Assembly: GCA_944383925.1 (NCBI GenBank)
Contig: CALWRM010000028.1
Location: 1-60,303 of the forward strand
DNA: 60,303 nucleotides
Direction of reading: 5' to 3'
DNA from: an uncultured Clostridia bacterium
GTDB lineage: Bacteria > Bacillota > Clostridia > Christensenellales > UBA1750
Below the pieces are notes generated by a model. It did not search any database. It saw only the letters and a list, made by a program, of their open reading frames with translations, and was not told the origin of the DNA. Of this stretch, positions 49,386 to 58,437 are shown one piece after another. Both the position numbers and the translations under genes were made by a program. Each line of letters starts with the position of its first letter. Position 1 is the stretch's first letter.

Positions 49386-51119
49386 CTACTCGGCAAGGCT
49401 CTGGACCCTTTGTAGCCGCCGGTACAGGCCCTCCTGGGCCACGAGCTGCGCGTGGGTGCCCCGCTGCACCACGCGGCCTTCCTCCAGCACGAGGATCTGG
49501 TCCGCCGAGCGGATGGTGGAAAGCCGATGGGCGATGGCCACGATGGTGCGCTTGCCGCTCAGGGCCTGAATGGCCTCCTGAATCTGCTTTTCGGTCTCCA
49601 CATCCACGGAGGCCGTCGCCTCGTCCAGGATGACGATGGGCGAGGGCCGCAGGATGGCCCTGGCGATGGCGATGCGCTGCTTCTGGCCGCCGGACAGGCG
49701 CACGCCCGGCTCGCCCGCGGCGGTGCGGTAGCCCTCGGGCATGCGGAGGATGTCCTCGTGGATGCGGGCGGCCTTGGCCGCCTCCACCACCTCCTCATCC
49801 GTGGCGTCTGGGTTGGCGTAGCGGATGTTTTCCAAGATGGTGGCGTTGAACAGGAAGGTGTCCTGCAACACGGGCGCCACGGCCTGGCGCAGGCTTTGCA
49901 GGCGAAGGCCCCGCAGGTCCTGGCCGTCGATGCGCACCACGCCCTCGTCAGGATCGTAGAACCTGGGGATCAGCTGGGTGAGCGTGGTCTTGCCAACGCC
50001 CGTGGGCCCCACCAGGGCCACCATCTCCCCCGGCTCGCAGGAAAAGCTGATGTTTTGCAGCACGGGCTGGTCCTTTTGATAGGCAAAGCTCACGTTTTCA
50101 AAGGAGATGCGGCCCTTGGGGTTGTTCAGGGGCTTGGCGTCCGGCGCGTCGGCGATGTCCGGCGGGGTGTCCAGCACGGCGGCCACCCGCTCCGCGCCGG
50201 CCAGCGCCTGCTGCATCTCCTCCAACAGGCGGCCAAGGCCCGCGATGGGCGTGTAGAACAGCGAAAGGTAGAGCAAGAAGGCCACCACATCCGCCACGGA
50301 GAGCTGCCCCCGCAAGGCCAACACGCCGCCAAGCCCCACGACGATCACCGTGCCCATGGAGGAGCAAAACTCCACGCTCGGGTGGAAGATGGCGCTCAGG
50401 TTCAGGGCATGGAGCATGGCCTTGGTGAAGTGGCCGGTGCACACCGAAACGTTTTGCAGCTCCTGCGCCTGGGTGCCGAAGGATTGGATCTCGTGCATGC
50501 CGGAGAAGTTGTCCTGCAGCTTGGCGTTCAGCTCCGCCAGGGCTTTTTGGGAGCGGCGGAAGCACGGCTGCACCTTGGTGGAAAAGACCCAGCCAGCCGC
50601 GAAGATGAAGGGAATGGGGATGCAGGTCAGCAGCCCCAGCTGCCAGTTGATGGTCAACAGCACGGCCAGCACGCCGAACACGGTCAAAAGGTTGGTGCAA
50701 AGCTCCGGAATCAGATGGGCATAGAGCAGCTCGAAGTTGGACGTATCGTTGACCACGCGGCTCATCAGGTCGCCCGTCTGCTTGTCGTGGTAGTAGCCCA
50801 TGGACAGGGTTTGCAGGTGGCCATAGACCCGTTTGCGCAGGTCCTCCACCAGGTTCCAGGCCGCCTTGTGGGCCAGGTAATTGCTCAGATAGCGGAACAA
50901 CACCCGCACCAGGTAGAGCAGCAGCAGCCCCAGCGCCAGGCTCCACACGATCCCAAGGGCTTGGTCCGTCATGCCGCCGCCGACCACGTCCGTCATCCTG
51001 GACAGAAGCCTCGGCGCGACGAGGTTGATCACCGTCAACAACAGCGTGGACAAGATGGCCATGGCGTATAGACCCTTGTACCTGGCCGCTTCCTTGCTCA
51101 GCCTCCACAAAACCCGCAT
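49386..51119 (-). CDS. Type IV ABC exporter (fused permease/ATPase, multidrug-like)
   Basis: 6-TM domain, Walker A GPTGVGKT, LSGGQ, ILDEAT, IAHRLST. Confidence 0.93.
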   Translation of the reverse strand: MRVLWRLSKEAARYKGLYAMAILSTLLLTVINLVAPRLLSRMTDVVGGGMTDQALGIVWSLALGLLLLYLVRVLFRYLSNYLAHKAAWNLVEDLRKRVYGHLQTLSMGYYHDKQTGDLMSRVVNDTSNFELLYAHLIPELCTNLLTVFGVLAVLLTINWQLGLLTCIPIPFIFAAGWVFSTKVQPCFRRSQKALAELNAKLQDNFSGMHEIQSFGTQAQELQNVSVCTGHFTKAMLHALNLSAIFHPSVEFCSSMGTVIVVGLGGVLALRGQLSVADVVAFLLYLSLFYTPIAGLGRLLEEMQQALAGAERVAAVLDTPPDIADAPDAKPLNNPKGRISFENVSFAYQKDQPVLQNISFSCEPGEMVALVGPTGVGKTTLTQLIPRFYDPDEGVVRIDGQDLRGLRLQSLRQAVAPVLQDTFLFNATILENIRYANPDATDEEVVEAAKAARIHEDILRMPEGYRTAAGEPGVRLSGGQKQRIAIARAILRPSPIVILDEATASVDVETEKQIQEAIQALSGKRTIVAIAHRLSTIRSADQILVLEEGRVVQRGTHAQLVAQEGLYRRLQRVQSLAE

Positions 51120-51230
51120 GTTTGTACTCCCCCGCTTATTCTTTCTCTCTTTCTTTTACCAGCGCGCCGCCCCGGACAGCAAAAGGGGAGCGCCCTCCGG
51201 CTGGAAGAGCGCCCCCTGCCCCATCGGGTT

Positions 51231-51683
51231 TTATGTGGGATCGCCGTCGCCCTGGCGCACGAAGGCGCGGGCGTTTTGCGACATGCGCTCCAGCAGGGCC
51301 AGCGCCTGCTCCCGCTCCTCGTCGGTAAAGCCGTCGGTGAGCTTGCCGCGCCAGATGGCCGTGATCTCCCGGGTCTTTTCGATCACGGGCAAGGCCGCCT
51401 CGGTGGCGTAAATGCGCCGCACCCGCTTATCCAGGCTGCCCTGCTCGCAGCGCACATAGCCCTGCTGCTCCAGCTTCTGGATGGCGCGGGTGGCCGTGCC
51501 GTTGTCGTAATGGCCGCTTTGCGCCAGCTCCAACACGCTGATGCCTGGATGCTCGTTGATGCGAAGCAGGAAAAACTGCTGCCCGCAGCCGATGCCGTAA
51601 GGTTTGAGCTTTTTATCAAAATACGCCTGGCTGAGGCGGTATATGGTGGAAATATGGCGGTTGATGGGATAGTTCGCCTTCAT
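51231..51683 (-). CDS. MarR-family transcriptional regulator
   Basis: 'TATRAIQKLEQQGYV...DKRVRRIY.TE'; alternative start at 51722. Confidence 0.9.
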   Translation of the reverse strand: MKANYPINRHISTIYRLSQAYFDKKLKPYGIGCGQQFFLLRINEHPGISVLELAQSGHYDNGTATRAIQKLEQQGYVRCEQGSLDKRVRRIYATEAALPVIEKTREITAIWRGKLTDGFTDEEREQALALLERMSQNARAFVRQGDGDPT

Positions 51684-51734
51684 GCTCGCGCGACCTTTCT
51701 GGTTCGTATTGGCCATGGGCATGGCCTTTTGTCT

Positions 51735-51765
51735 AGTATATACCCAAGCACTTGTATCCGCAAGT
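51735..51765 (-). promoter_or_regulatory. marR promoter with an overlapping inverted repeat (putative MarR operator)
   Basis: TTGCGG-17-TATACT; the palindrome ACTTG-N6-CAAGT (51750-51765) covers the -35. Confidence 0.6.
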
Positions 51766-51816
51766 ATTATTGTGCAAATTTCACGCCTATTTTTCCCAAG
51801 CCGCTCCGTGTTTGGC

Positions 51817-52260
51817 TCATTCCAGCACCATGATGCGCTCGCCCTGCCTGTCCAGCTCGCCGTTGAAGGCAAAGCCCAGCGCCTCGTAGATGTGCCTGGC
51901 CACCCGGTTGTCGTCGAACAGGCTCAGGTAGATGCGGCGGCAGCCATACTCCCGGCGCAGATAATCCACCAGTTCGCACACCAGGACCTTGCCAAGGCCG
52001 CGGCCTTGGCTGTCCCTGTCCAGGAGCAGGCGGTCTAGCCAGACGCGCCTGCCCTCCAGCTCGTTGGGAAACTCCCCGTACATGGCAAAGCCCACCACCT
52101 TGCCCTCCAGCAGCAGGGCGGCGGGCTCGAAAAAGCGGCAGCTTTCCGCCTCTTGCAGGCATTGGGCCACCGGCTCGACAAAGCCTTTTTGATGCTCGTA
52201 CAGCCGCAAATTGAGCACGTCCTGCCGCAGCTGCGCATCCAGCGGCCGCACGCTAAACAC
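51817..52260 (-). CDS. GNAT acetyltransferase (spermidine/spermine acetyltransferase-like)
   Basis: 'VGFAMYG', 'WLDRLLLD...QGRGLGK', 'YEALGF.FNGELD'. Confidence 0.82.
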   Translation of the reverse strand: MFSVRPLDAQLRQDVLNLRLYEHQKGFVEPVAQCLQEAESCRFFEPAALLLEGKVVGFAMYGEFPNELEGRRVWLDRLLLDRDSQGRGLGKVLVCELVDYLRREYGCRRIYLSLFDDNRVARHIYEALGFAFNGELDRQGERIMVLE

Positions 52261-53143
52261 GGCCGCCCCGCAAGCAGCGCATGAACAGCGCCGGATAGGC
52301 CGCGCCCACGAAGAGCACCAATAAGAAATAGCGCAGCGCCTGCATGGCAAGCCCCACGCCCAGCAGCGACTTGAGCCCCTCCTTGAGCAGCAGGGCCAGG
52401 GCCACGCCCACCACCAGCTTGATCGCCTGCTGCCAGAAGCGGGCCTTGACCTGAAAGCGGATGAAGCGCCTATCCAGGTAGAGCGAGAGCAGGAAGCCCA
52501 GCGCGGCGCCGCCGGTCTTGAAGCTGTCGGCGGCCTGTTCCTCGGGCACGTTGGAAAGGCACACCCGCACAAGCCCCACGCCCATCAGCGCCAGGGCGGC
52601 CAACACGCCCAGCCAGGCGTACAGCTTGGCCCTGCCCGGGCGCTCCAGGGTGGCCAGCATCCAGTCCACCAGCAGGCAAACGGGCACGGTCACCAGCACC
52701 GCCACGCCCACATCCAGGGGCGTGTGCACCCCAAGATACAGCCTGGACAGCCCGACCAGCGCCACATACAACGCCATCAAGGCCCACAGGAGGGCCTTCT
52801 TGTAGGAAAGCCCAAGGCCCATGGCCATGGAGACAGCGCCGGAGGTATGGCCGGAGGGAAAGGAATACCCCGTGGCCGAACCTATGGCCGCCTCGTGGGG
52901 GGTGAGGGCCTCGTTGAGCAGGAAGGGACGGGGCACCAGAAACACCAGCTTGAGCAGCTGGCCCATCCAGCCGCCGGCAAAGTAGCAAAGCCCGACCCGC
53001 AGCCCGGCCCGCTTGTCCAGGCACCAATACAGCAGCAGCAACACCGCCAGCACCACGGTCTCCTCGCCCAACCGGGTCGCGGTCAGGAAGAGGGCGTCCC
53101 AGCCGGGCGTTCTGTGTTCCTGCAGGAAGAGCAGCAGTTCCAT
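52253..53143 (-). CDS. PAP2-family membrane phosphatase
   Basis: 'KLVFLVPRP', 'SFPSGH', 'SRLYLGVHTPLDV'. Confidence 0.9.
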   Translation of the reverse strand: MELLLFLQEHRTPGWDALFLTATRLGEETVVLAVLLLLYWCLDKRAGLRVGLCYFAGGWMGQLLKLVFLVPRPFLLNEALTPHEAAIGSATGYSFPSGHTSGAVSMAMGLGLSYKKALLWALMALYVALVGLSRLYLGVHTPLDVGVAVLVTVPVCLLVDWMLATLERPGRAKLYAWLGVLAALALMGVGLVRVCLSNVPEEQAADSFKTGGAALGFLLSLYLDRRFIRFQVKARFWQQAIKLVVGVALALLLKEGLKSLLGVGLAMQALRYFLLVLFVGAAYPALFMRCLRGGRV

Positions 53144-53147
53144 GGCC

Positions 53148-54065
53148 CTACTCCTCCCCCTTGAGCCGGCGGAACTCCTCCTCGTCCTCCGGGGCGATCA
53201 CGCCGCCCAGGTCGAAGTCGGGCACGAAGCTCTCGCTGGCGCTCTCCTCCTCCTGCACGAAGCCGTCCAGCTCCGTGGCGAAGAGGTGCTCCTCCACGGC
53301 CTTGTACTCCTCCTCGGTCACCCGGCGGTTGATCTCCGGATAGTTGTAGGCCTGGCCGCAGGGGATGTACTGGCGCATCAGGGAGAAATAGACCTTGCCC
53401 GAATACCGCTCGGCCACGTAGTCGATGACGGCCTTGGCGTTGTCCACCTGGCCGGGCAGGATCAGGTGGCGGATGATCACGCCCTTTTTCAGCAGGCCGT
53501 TTTCGTCCAGCTGCACGGGTCCCACCTGCTCGTACATCCGCTCGATGGCGGTCTTGGCTGCCTGGAAATAGTCCTCCACGCCGGAATAGCGCCGGCCGGG
53601 CAGGCGATAGGCGTATTTGAGGTCCGGCAAATAGATATCCACAAGGCCGCGCATCAGCTCCAGCGCCTGCTCGCCGTCGTAGCCATGGGTGTTGTACACC
53701 ACGGGAATGGGCGGCCGCTTTTGCAGGGCCTTGGCGATGGCCGGCGCGAAGTGGGTGGGGTTGACCAGGTTGATGTTGTGGGCGCCCTTTTCATACAGCT
53801 CAAAGAAGATCTCCCGCAGGCGGCTCACGCTCACGGGCAGGCCCTTGCGCATGTGGCTGATCTCCCAGTTTTGGCAATAGGCGCAGCGCAGGCTGCAGCC
53901 GGAAAAGAACACGGCCCCGGAGCCCCTTTCTCCGGAGATGCAGGGCTCCTCCCAGTGGTGCAGCATGGCCTTGGCGACGTAGGCATCCTCGCCCATGCCG
54001 CAAAAGCCGATTTCCCCATTGGCGCGGTCCACGCCGCAAGCCCTTTGGCATAGCGTGCATATCAT
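53148..54065 (-). CDS. Radical SAM protein, PflX-like
   Basis: 'HHWEEPCISG..GSG.VFFSGCSLRCAYCQN', 'NINLV.PTH', 'DIYLPDLKY', 'IRHLILPG'. Confidence 0.88.
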   Translation of the reverse strand: MICTLCQRACGVDRANGEIGFCGMGEDAYVAKAMLHHWEEPCISGERGSGAVFFSGCSLRCAYCQNWEISHMRKGLPVSVSRLREIFFELYEKGAHNINLVNPTHFAPAIAKALQKRPPIPVVYNTHGYDGEQALELMRGLVDIYLPDLKYAYRLPGRRYSGVEDYFQAAKTAIERMYEQVGPVQLDENGLLKKGVIIRHLILPGQVDNAKAVIDYVAERYSGKVYFSLMRQYIPCGQAYNYPEINRRVTEEEYKAVEEHLFATELDGFVQEEESASESFVPDFDLGGVIAPEDEEEFRRLKGEE

Positions 54066-54211
54066 CTTGTTTTCTCCCCCTTACGAGCGTTTCTTCTGTC
54101 TATTAAGGGCAGTATACCACACTTGCCGCCCGCAAAGACAGCTTTTTTCGAGCCCTTGCGGCTTTCCCGCCCCTTGTTCGCAGATTTCCGGGAAAACGCG
54201 CCCGCGGCCTT

Positions 54212-54221
54212 GTGCTATGGT
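54212..54221 (+). promoter_or_regulatory. Possible extended -10 promoter for the terminase operon
   Basis: TGTGcTATGGT about 35 nt upstream of ATG 54257; no clear -35. Confidence 0.35.
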
Positions 54222-54256
54222 TGGGTTGGAAACAGTCGAAAAAAGGAGGCATCGCC

Positions 54257-54454
54257 ATGTTGAAACAGGAGATTCAGATCGCGCGGGAGCTGCTGAGCGC
54301 CATGCGGGAGCAAAACCTGGACGAGAAGCTGCAAATCACGGCCCTGGATCTGATCCGCAAGCTGGTCCTGGCCCAGGCGACCTTGGACAAGGCAGGGGAC
54401 ATGCCGGAGCTGGTGCTGCCCGAAGGTTTGGAGGAGGAGGCCGACGGCCGATGA
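54257..54454 (+). CDS. 65-aa protein coupled to the terminase; candidate reduced terminase small subunit
   Basis: Perfect AAGGAGG RBS; the stop overlaps the terminase ATG (ATGA); 'EKLQITALDLIRKL' and an acidic tail 'ELVLPEGLEEE'. Confidence 0.6.
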   Translation: MLKQEIQIARELLSAMREQNLDEKLQITALDLIRKLVLAQATLDKAGDMPELVLPEGLEEEADGR

Positions 54455-55818
54455 AGCTTCTCCTTCCCTACACGCCCACGGAAAAGCAGCTGCTCTTTCA
54501 CAACGCCCGGGAGGACGAGGTGCTCTATGGCGGCGCGGCCGGTGGGGGCAAGTCCACGGCCGTGGTGATGGACGCCTTCCTGCGCTGCTACCGCCACCCG
54601 GGCAGCTATGCCTATCTGTTTCGCCGCACCTACCGGGAGCTGGAGGACACGCTCATCGCCGAGGCCCTGCGCCGCATCCCTTCGGCCCTTGGCAGCTACC
54701 AGGCCTCCGCCCACGAGCTGCGGCTGCGCAACGGCTCCGCCCTGCGCTTCCGCCACTGCCAGCGGGAGCAGGACCGCTTTCAATACCAGGGCGCGGAGAT
54801 CCATTGGCTGTACCTGGATGAGCTCACCCACTTTTCCAAGGACGTTTACGACTTTCTAAAATCCCGGCTGCGCGCCAGCAAGGCCCTGGGCATCCGCCCG
54901 CTGGTCCGGGCCACCAGCAACCCGGGCGGCCCCGGCCACGCCTGGGTCAAGGCGCGGTTTGTGGACCCCGTGGCCCCGGGCCAAACCCAGCGCATCGAGG
55001 TCTGCGAGGGGGGACTGCGGGGGGAGCGCAGCCTGCGCTACATTCCCGCCCGCGTGCAGGACAACCCCCACATCGGCCAGGACTACCTGCTGGAGCTGGC
55101 GCAAAAGCCCCGCGCCCTGCGGGAGGCCCTGCTCTATGGCCGCTGGGACGCCTTCGAAGGCCAGGTCTTCACCGCCTGGCGGGACGATCCCGCGGGCTAC
55201 CGCAGCCAGCGCTTTACCCACGTGGTGGAGCCCTTCGAGATCCCGGAAAGCTGGCGCCGCTTCCGCTCCTTCGACTTCGGCTATGCCCGGCCCTTTTCCG
55301 TGGGCTGGTGGGCCTTGAGCCCGGACGGCGTCCTCTACCGCTACCGGGAGTGGTACGGCTGCACCGGCGTGCCCAACGAGGGGCTGCGCCTGACCCCGGA
55401 CCGCATCGCCCGGGGCATCCGGGAGGCGGAGGCCCAGCACGAAAAGGGCCTGCGGGTGACGGGCTATGCGGACCCCTCTATTTGGGACGGCTCCAGGGGC
55501 GAGAGCATCGCCCTGCAGATGCAGCGGGAGGGCGTGAGCTTTCAGCCCGCGGAAAACGCCCGGCTCCCCGGGCTGATGCAGGTGCACAGCCGGCTGCGCT
55601 TCGATGAAAATGGCCGCTGCGGGCTGTATGTGTTCCATTGTTGCCGGGACTCCATCCGCACCATCCCCGCCCTTTGCTACGACCCGGAGCGGGTGGAGGA
55701 CGTGGACACCTCCAGCGAGGACCACATCTACGACGAGTGGCGCTACCTGCTCATGGCCCATCCCCTGCCCCTGACCAAGCCGCGGCCGCGAAGGCGGGGC
55801 TTTTCGCCGCTGGATTGA
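54451..55818 (+). CDS. terL: Phage terminase large subunit (Terminase_6-like), orphan
   Basis: Q motif 'PTEKQ', Walker A 'GGAAGGGKS', Walker B 'LYLDELTHF', coupling motif 'ATSNPGGPGH.WV', nuclease acids 'SFDFGY', 'ADPS', 'EDHIYDEWRY'. Confidence 0.92.
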   Translation: MKLLLPYTPTEKQLLFHNAREDEVLYGGAAGGGKSTAVVMDAFLRCYRHPGSYAYLFRRTYRELEDTLIAEALRRIPSALGSYQASAHELRLRNGSALRFRHCQREQDRFQYQGAEIHWLYLDELTHFSKDVYDFLKSRLRASKALGIRPLVRATSNPGGPGHAWVKARFVDPVAPGQTQRIEVCEGGLRGERSLRYIPARVQDNPHIGQDYLLELAQKPRALREALLYGRWDAFEGQVFTAWRDDPAGYRSQRFTHVVEPFEIPESWRRFRSFDFGYARPFSVGWWALSPDGVLYRYREWYGCTGVPNEGLRLTPDRIARGIREAEAQHEKGLRVTGYADPSIWDGSRGESIALQMQREGVSFQPAENARLPGLMQVHSRLRFDENGRCGLYVFHCCRDSIRTIPALCYDPERVEDVDTSSEDHIYDEWRYLLMAHPLPLTKPRPRRRGFSPLD

Positions 55819-55889
55819 CCGTCTGTTCCTTCGGCTCCTTCTTTTTAGCGGTCTTTCGCGCCCATTTTGCTGTTTTTATGTGTTTTTAC

Positions 55890-55918
55890 TTGTGTAAAGC
55901 TGGAAAACACTGTATACT
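55890..55918 (+). promoter_or_regulatory. Sigma-A promoter for nagA-dedA
   Basis: TTGTGT-17 nt-TATACT in an AT-rich gap. Confidence 0.6.
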
Positions 55919-55981
55919 GGGCACACTGAACCGTGAACCTTGCATGCCAAGTGGGCGAGCATGCCGGAGGGAGGCCTTGTT

Positions 55982-57109
55982 TTGAAGCTGCGATATCAGA
56001 AAACCCTGGTGGACGGCCGTCTGCGCGAGAACATGAGCGTGGAGGTGGCGGACGGCCGCGTGCTGCGCGTGGTCGAGGAGGCAGGCCCCGCCGAGGAGTG
56101 CCTGCTGCTGCCCGGCCTGATCGACCTGCACATCCACGGCATGCTGGGCGTGGACACGATGCAGGGCTGCCAGGCCGTGCAGGCCATGGCCGCCGCCCTG
56201 CCCCGCTACGGGGTCACCGCCTTCCTGCCGACCACCATGAACGACGAGGCGGGACGGATCCGCCAGGCCCTGTCCGGCGTCGCCCGCGCGATGGACCTGC
56301 CCTCCGGCGGCGCGCAGATCCTGGGCGCCCATCTGGAGGGGCCCTTTTTCGCCAAAGACCACCTGGGCGCCCAGGACGCGGGCTGCTGCCTGGCCCCCAG
56401 CATGGACAACTACCTGCGCATCGCCGAGGGGCTGGAGGGCGCGGTCAAGCTGCTCTCCCTAAGCCCGGAGCTGCCGGGTGCCGAGGCGCTGACCGCCTAC
56501 CTCGTTTCCAAGGGCGTGGCCGTCAGCGCGGGCCATACGGGCGCCACGCTGGAGCAGATGGAACGCGCCCAGGCATCCGGCCTGCGCCAGGTGACCCACC
56601 TGTTCAACGGCATGAACGGGCTGCACCACCGGGCGCCCGGCGTGCCCGGCGCGGGCCTGACGCTGGACGGCCTGACCTGCCAGCTGATCGCCGACGGCAT
56701 CCACCTGCATCCCGCCATCCTCAAGCTCTGCCTGCGGGCCAAGGGCGCCGCCGGCCTGTGCCTGATCACGGACGCCATGGCCGCCTGCGGCATGCCCGAC
56801 GGCCAGTACCGCCTGGGGCCCACGGACGTGACCGTGCGGGACGGCGTGGCCCGCATCGCCGCCGGCAACCTGGCTGGCTCCACCCTGACGCTGGACCGGG
56901 CCTTGCGCAACATGGTGCAGCTGGCCGGCGCCAGCTTGGAGGAGGCCGCGCGGATGGCCTCCCAAACCCCGGCCGACGCACTGGGGCTGGAGGAGCTTGG
57001 CCGCATCGCCCCCGGCGCGGTGGCCAGCTTCGCCGTGTTTGACGGGGCGTTGCGCGTACAAAAAACCTACGTGGCGGGCTGCCTGCGCTACGACGGAGCG
57101 CGCGCATGA
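55982..57109 (+). CDS. nagA: N-acetylglucosamine-6-phosphate deacetylase
   Basis: 'PGLIDLHIHG', 'HLEGPF', 'AGHT', 'THLFNGM', 'ADGIH', 'ITDAM', 'LAGSTL'; TTG start after GGAGGGAGG. Confidence 0.93.
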   Translation: MKLRYQKTLVDGRLRENMSVEVADGRVLRVVEEAGPAEECLLLPGLIDLHIHGMLGVDTMQGCQAVQAMAAALPRYGVTAFLPTTMNDEAGRIRQALSGVARAMDLPSGGAQILGAHLEGPFFAKDHLGAQDAGCCLAPSMDNYLRIAEGLEGAVKLLSLSPELPGAEALTAYLVSKGVAVSAGHTGATLEQMERAQASGLRQVTHLFNGMNGLHHRAPGVPGAGLTLDGLTCQLIADGIHLHPAILKLCLRAKGAAGLCLITDAMAACGMPDGQYRLGPTDVTVRDGVARIAAGNLAGSTLTLDRALRNMVQLAGASLEEAARMASQTPADALGLEELGRIAPGAVASFAVFDGALRVQKTYVAGCLRYDGARA

Positions 57110-57735
57110 TTGCCTGGGCGCAGCGCTTCTTGGAGGGCATTCACGCCCTGCCCGTGTGGAACGTCGCCCTGTTTTTCGCCGTTTGCGGCATGTTGCAGGC
57201 CTTTTTTCCCGTCTTTCCCGGGGACATCGTGCTCATCATCGGCGCGGGCGTCTGGACCGGCGGTTTGGCCAACGACCTTTGGCCCGTGCTGTTCAGCTAC
57301 TGGATCGGCACCACCGCCGCCTCCCTGGCGCTGACCGAGATCGGCCGCAGCTTCGGCGATTACCTGCTCACGCGCAGGTGGTTGCGGCGCGTCTTTCCCC
57401 CGCGGCGCCAGGCCTTGGCAGGCAGCTGGCTGCGCCGCCGGGGCGTGCTGACCATCTTCGCCGCCAAGTTCATAATGGGCATGAATCTGCCCATCCTCAT
57501 GGTCTGCGGCATCCTGCGCATGCCGCGCAGGCGGGTATATCCGGCGGTCATCCTGACCACGGCGATCCACAACACCTTGCTCTATTCCCTCGGCTCCGCG
57601 GTGGGGCTCAACTGGCAAACCGTCAAGGACTTCCTGCTGGAATACGAGCTGGTCGTCGCCCTGGCCCTGGCGGTCATCATCGGGCTGGCCGTCTGGATCC
57701 GCTCCAAGCTCTCCGGCGGCGGGAAAAATCCCTGA
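57106..57735 (+). CDS. DedA/SNARE-associated family membrane protein
   Basis: 'FPVFPGD.VL..AG', 'IFAAKFI.G'; overlaps the nagA stop (ATGA). Confidence 0.8.
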   Translation: MIAWAQRFLEGIHALPVWNVALFFAVCGMLQAFFPVFPGDIVLIIGAGVWTGGLANDLWPVLFSYWIGTTAASLALTEIGRSFGDYLLTRRWLRRVFPPRRQALAGSWLRRRGVLTIFAAKFIMGMNLPILMVCGILRMPRRRVYPAVILTTAIHNTLLYSLGSAVGLNWQTVKDFLLEYELVVALALAVIIGLAVWIRSKLSGGGKNP

Positions 57736-57775
57736 CCGGCGGCCCGCGCGCAGCCCTTGCTCCCCCTTACATCTC

Positions 57776-57819
57776 AAAGCGGGGACGGCGTCTTTCCGCC
57801 GTCCCCGCTTCTTCCTTTT
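57776..57819 (+). terminator. dedA terminator, copy 1
   Basis: AAGCGGGGACGGCG-tctttc-CGCCGTCCCCGCTT plus a T-rich tail. Confidence 0.75.
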
Positions 57820-58393
57820 CAACCATTTCCCCCCCCCGGAGGTTGACCTGATCGCCGCCCTAGCCCTGGCGCTCTTCATCGGGCTGGCCGTCCGCATCCG
57901 CTCCAAGCTCTCTGGCGGCTGGAAAAAAGACCGGCGGCCTGCGCGCATTCCTTATTCCCCACAGGACTTCCTGCTGGAATACGCGCTGGTCGTCGTCCCG
58001 GCGCAAGCGCTCATCATCGGGCTGGCCGTCCGAATCCGCTCCAAGCTCTCCGGCGGCGGAAAAAAAGACCGGCGGCCCGCACGCAGCCCTTATTCCCCAC
58101 AGGACATCCTGCTGGAATACGCGCTGGTCGCCGCCCCGGCGCAGGCGCTCATCATCGGGCTGGCCGTCCGAATCCGCTCCAAGCTCTCCGGCGGTGGGAA
58201 AAATCCCTGACCGGCGGCCTGCTCGCAGCCCTTGCCCCCTTTAGGACTTCCTGCTGGAATATGCGCTGGTCGCCGCCCTAGCCCTGGCGGTCTTCTTCGG
58301 GCTGGCCGTCCAGATCCGCTCCAAGCTCTCCGGTGGCGGCGGGAAAAATCCCTGACCGGCGCCCGCGCGCGGCACTGGTTTCCCTTGCATGTC

Positions 58394-58437
58394 AAAGCGG
58401 GGACGGCGTCTTTCCGCCGTCCCCGCTTTTTTCTTTT
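58394..58437. terminator. Terminator copy 2 (bidirectional; also ends the P-type ATPase gene)
   Basis: Same stem as 57776-57810, flanked by AAA and TTTTTT. Confidence 0.8.

Noticed and set aside
53148-57109. Intact prophage around terL
   Set aside because: The flanks are a pflX-like gene and nagA, with no structural, lysis or integration genes and no att repeats.
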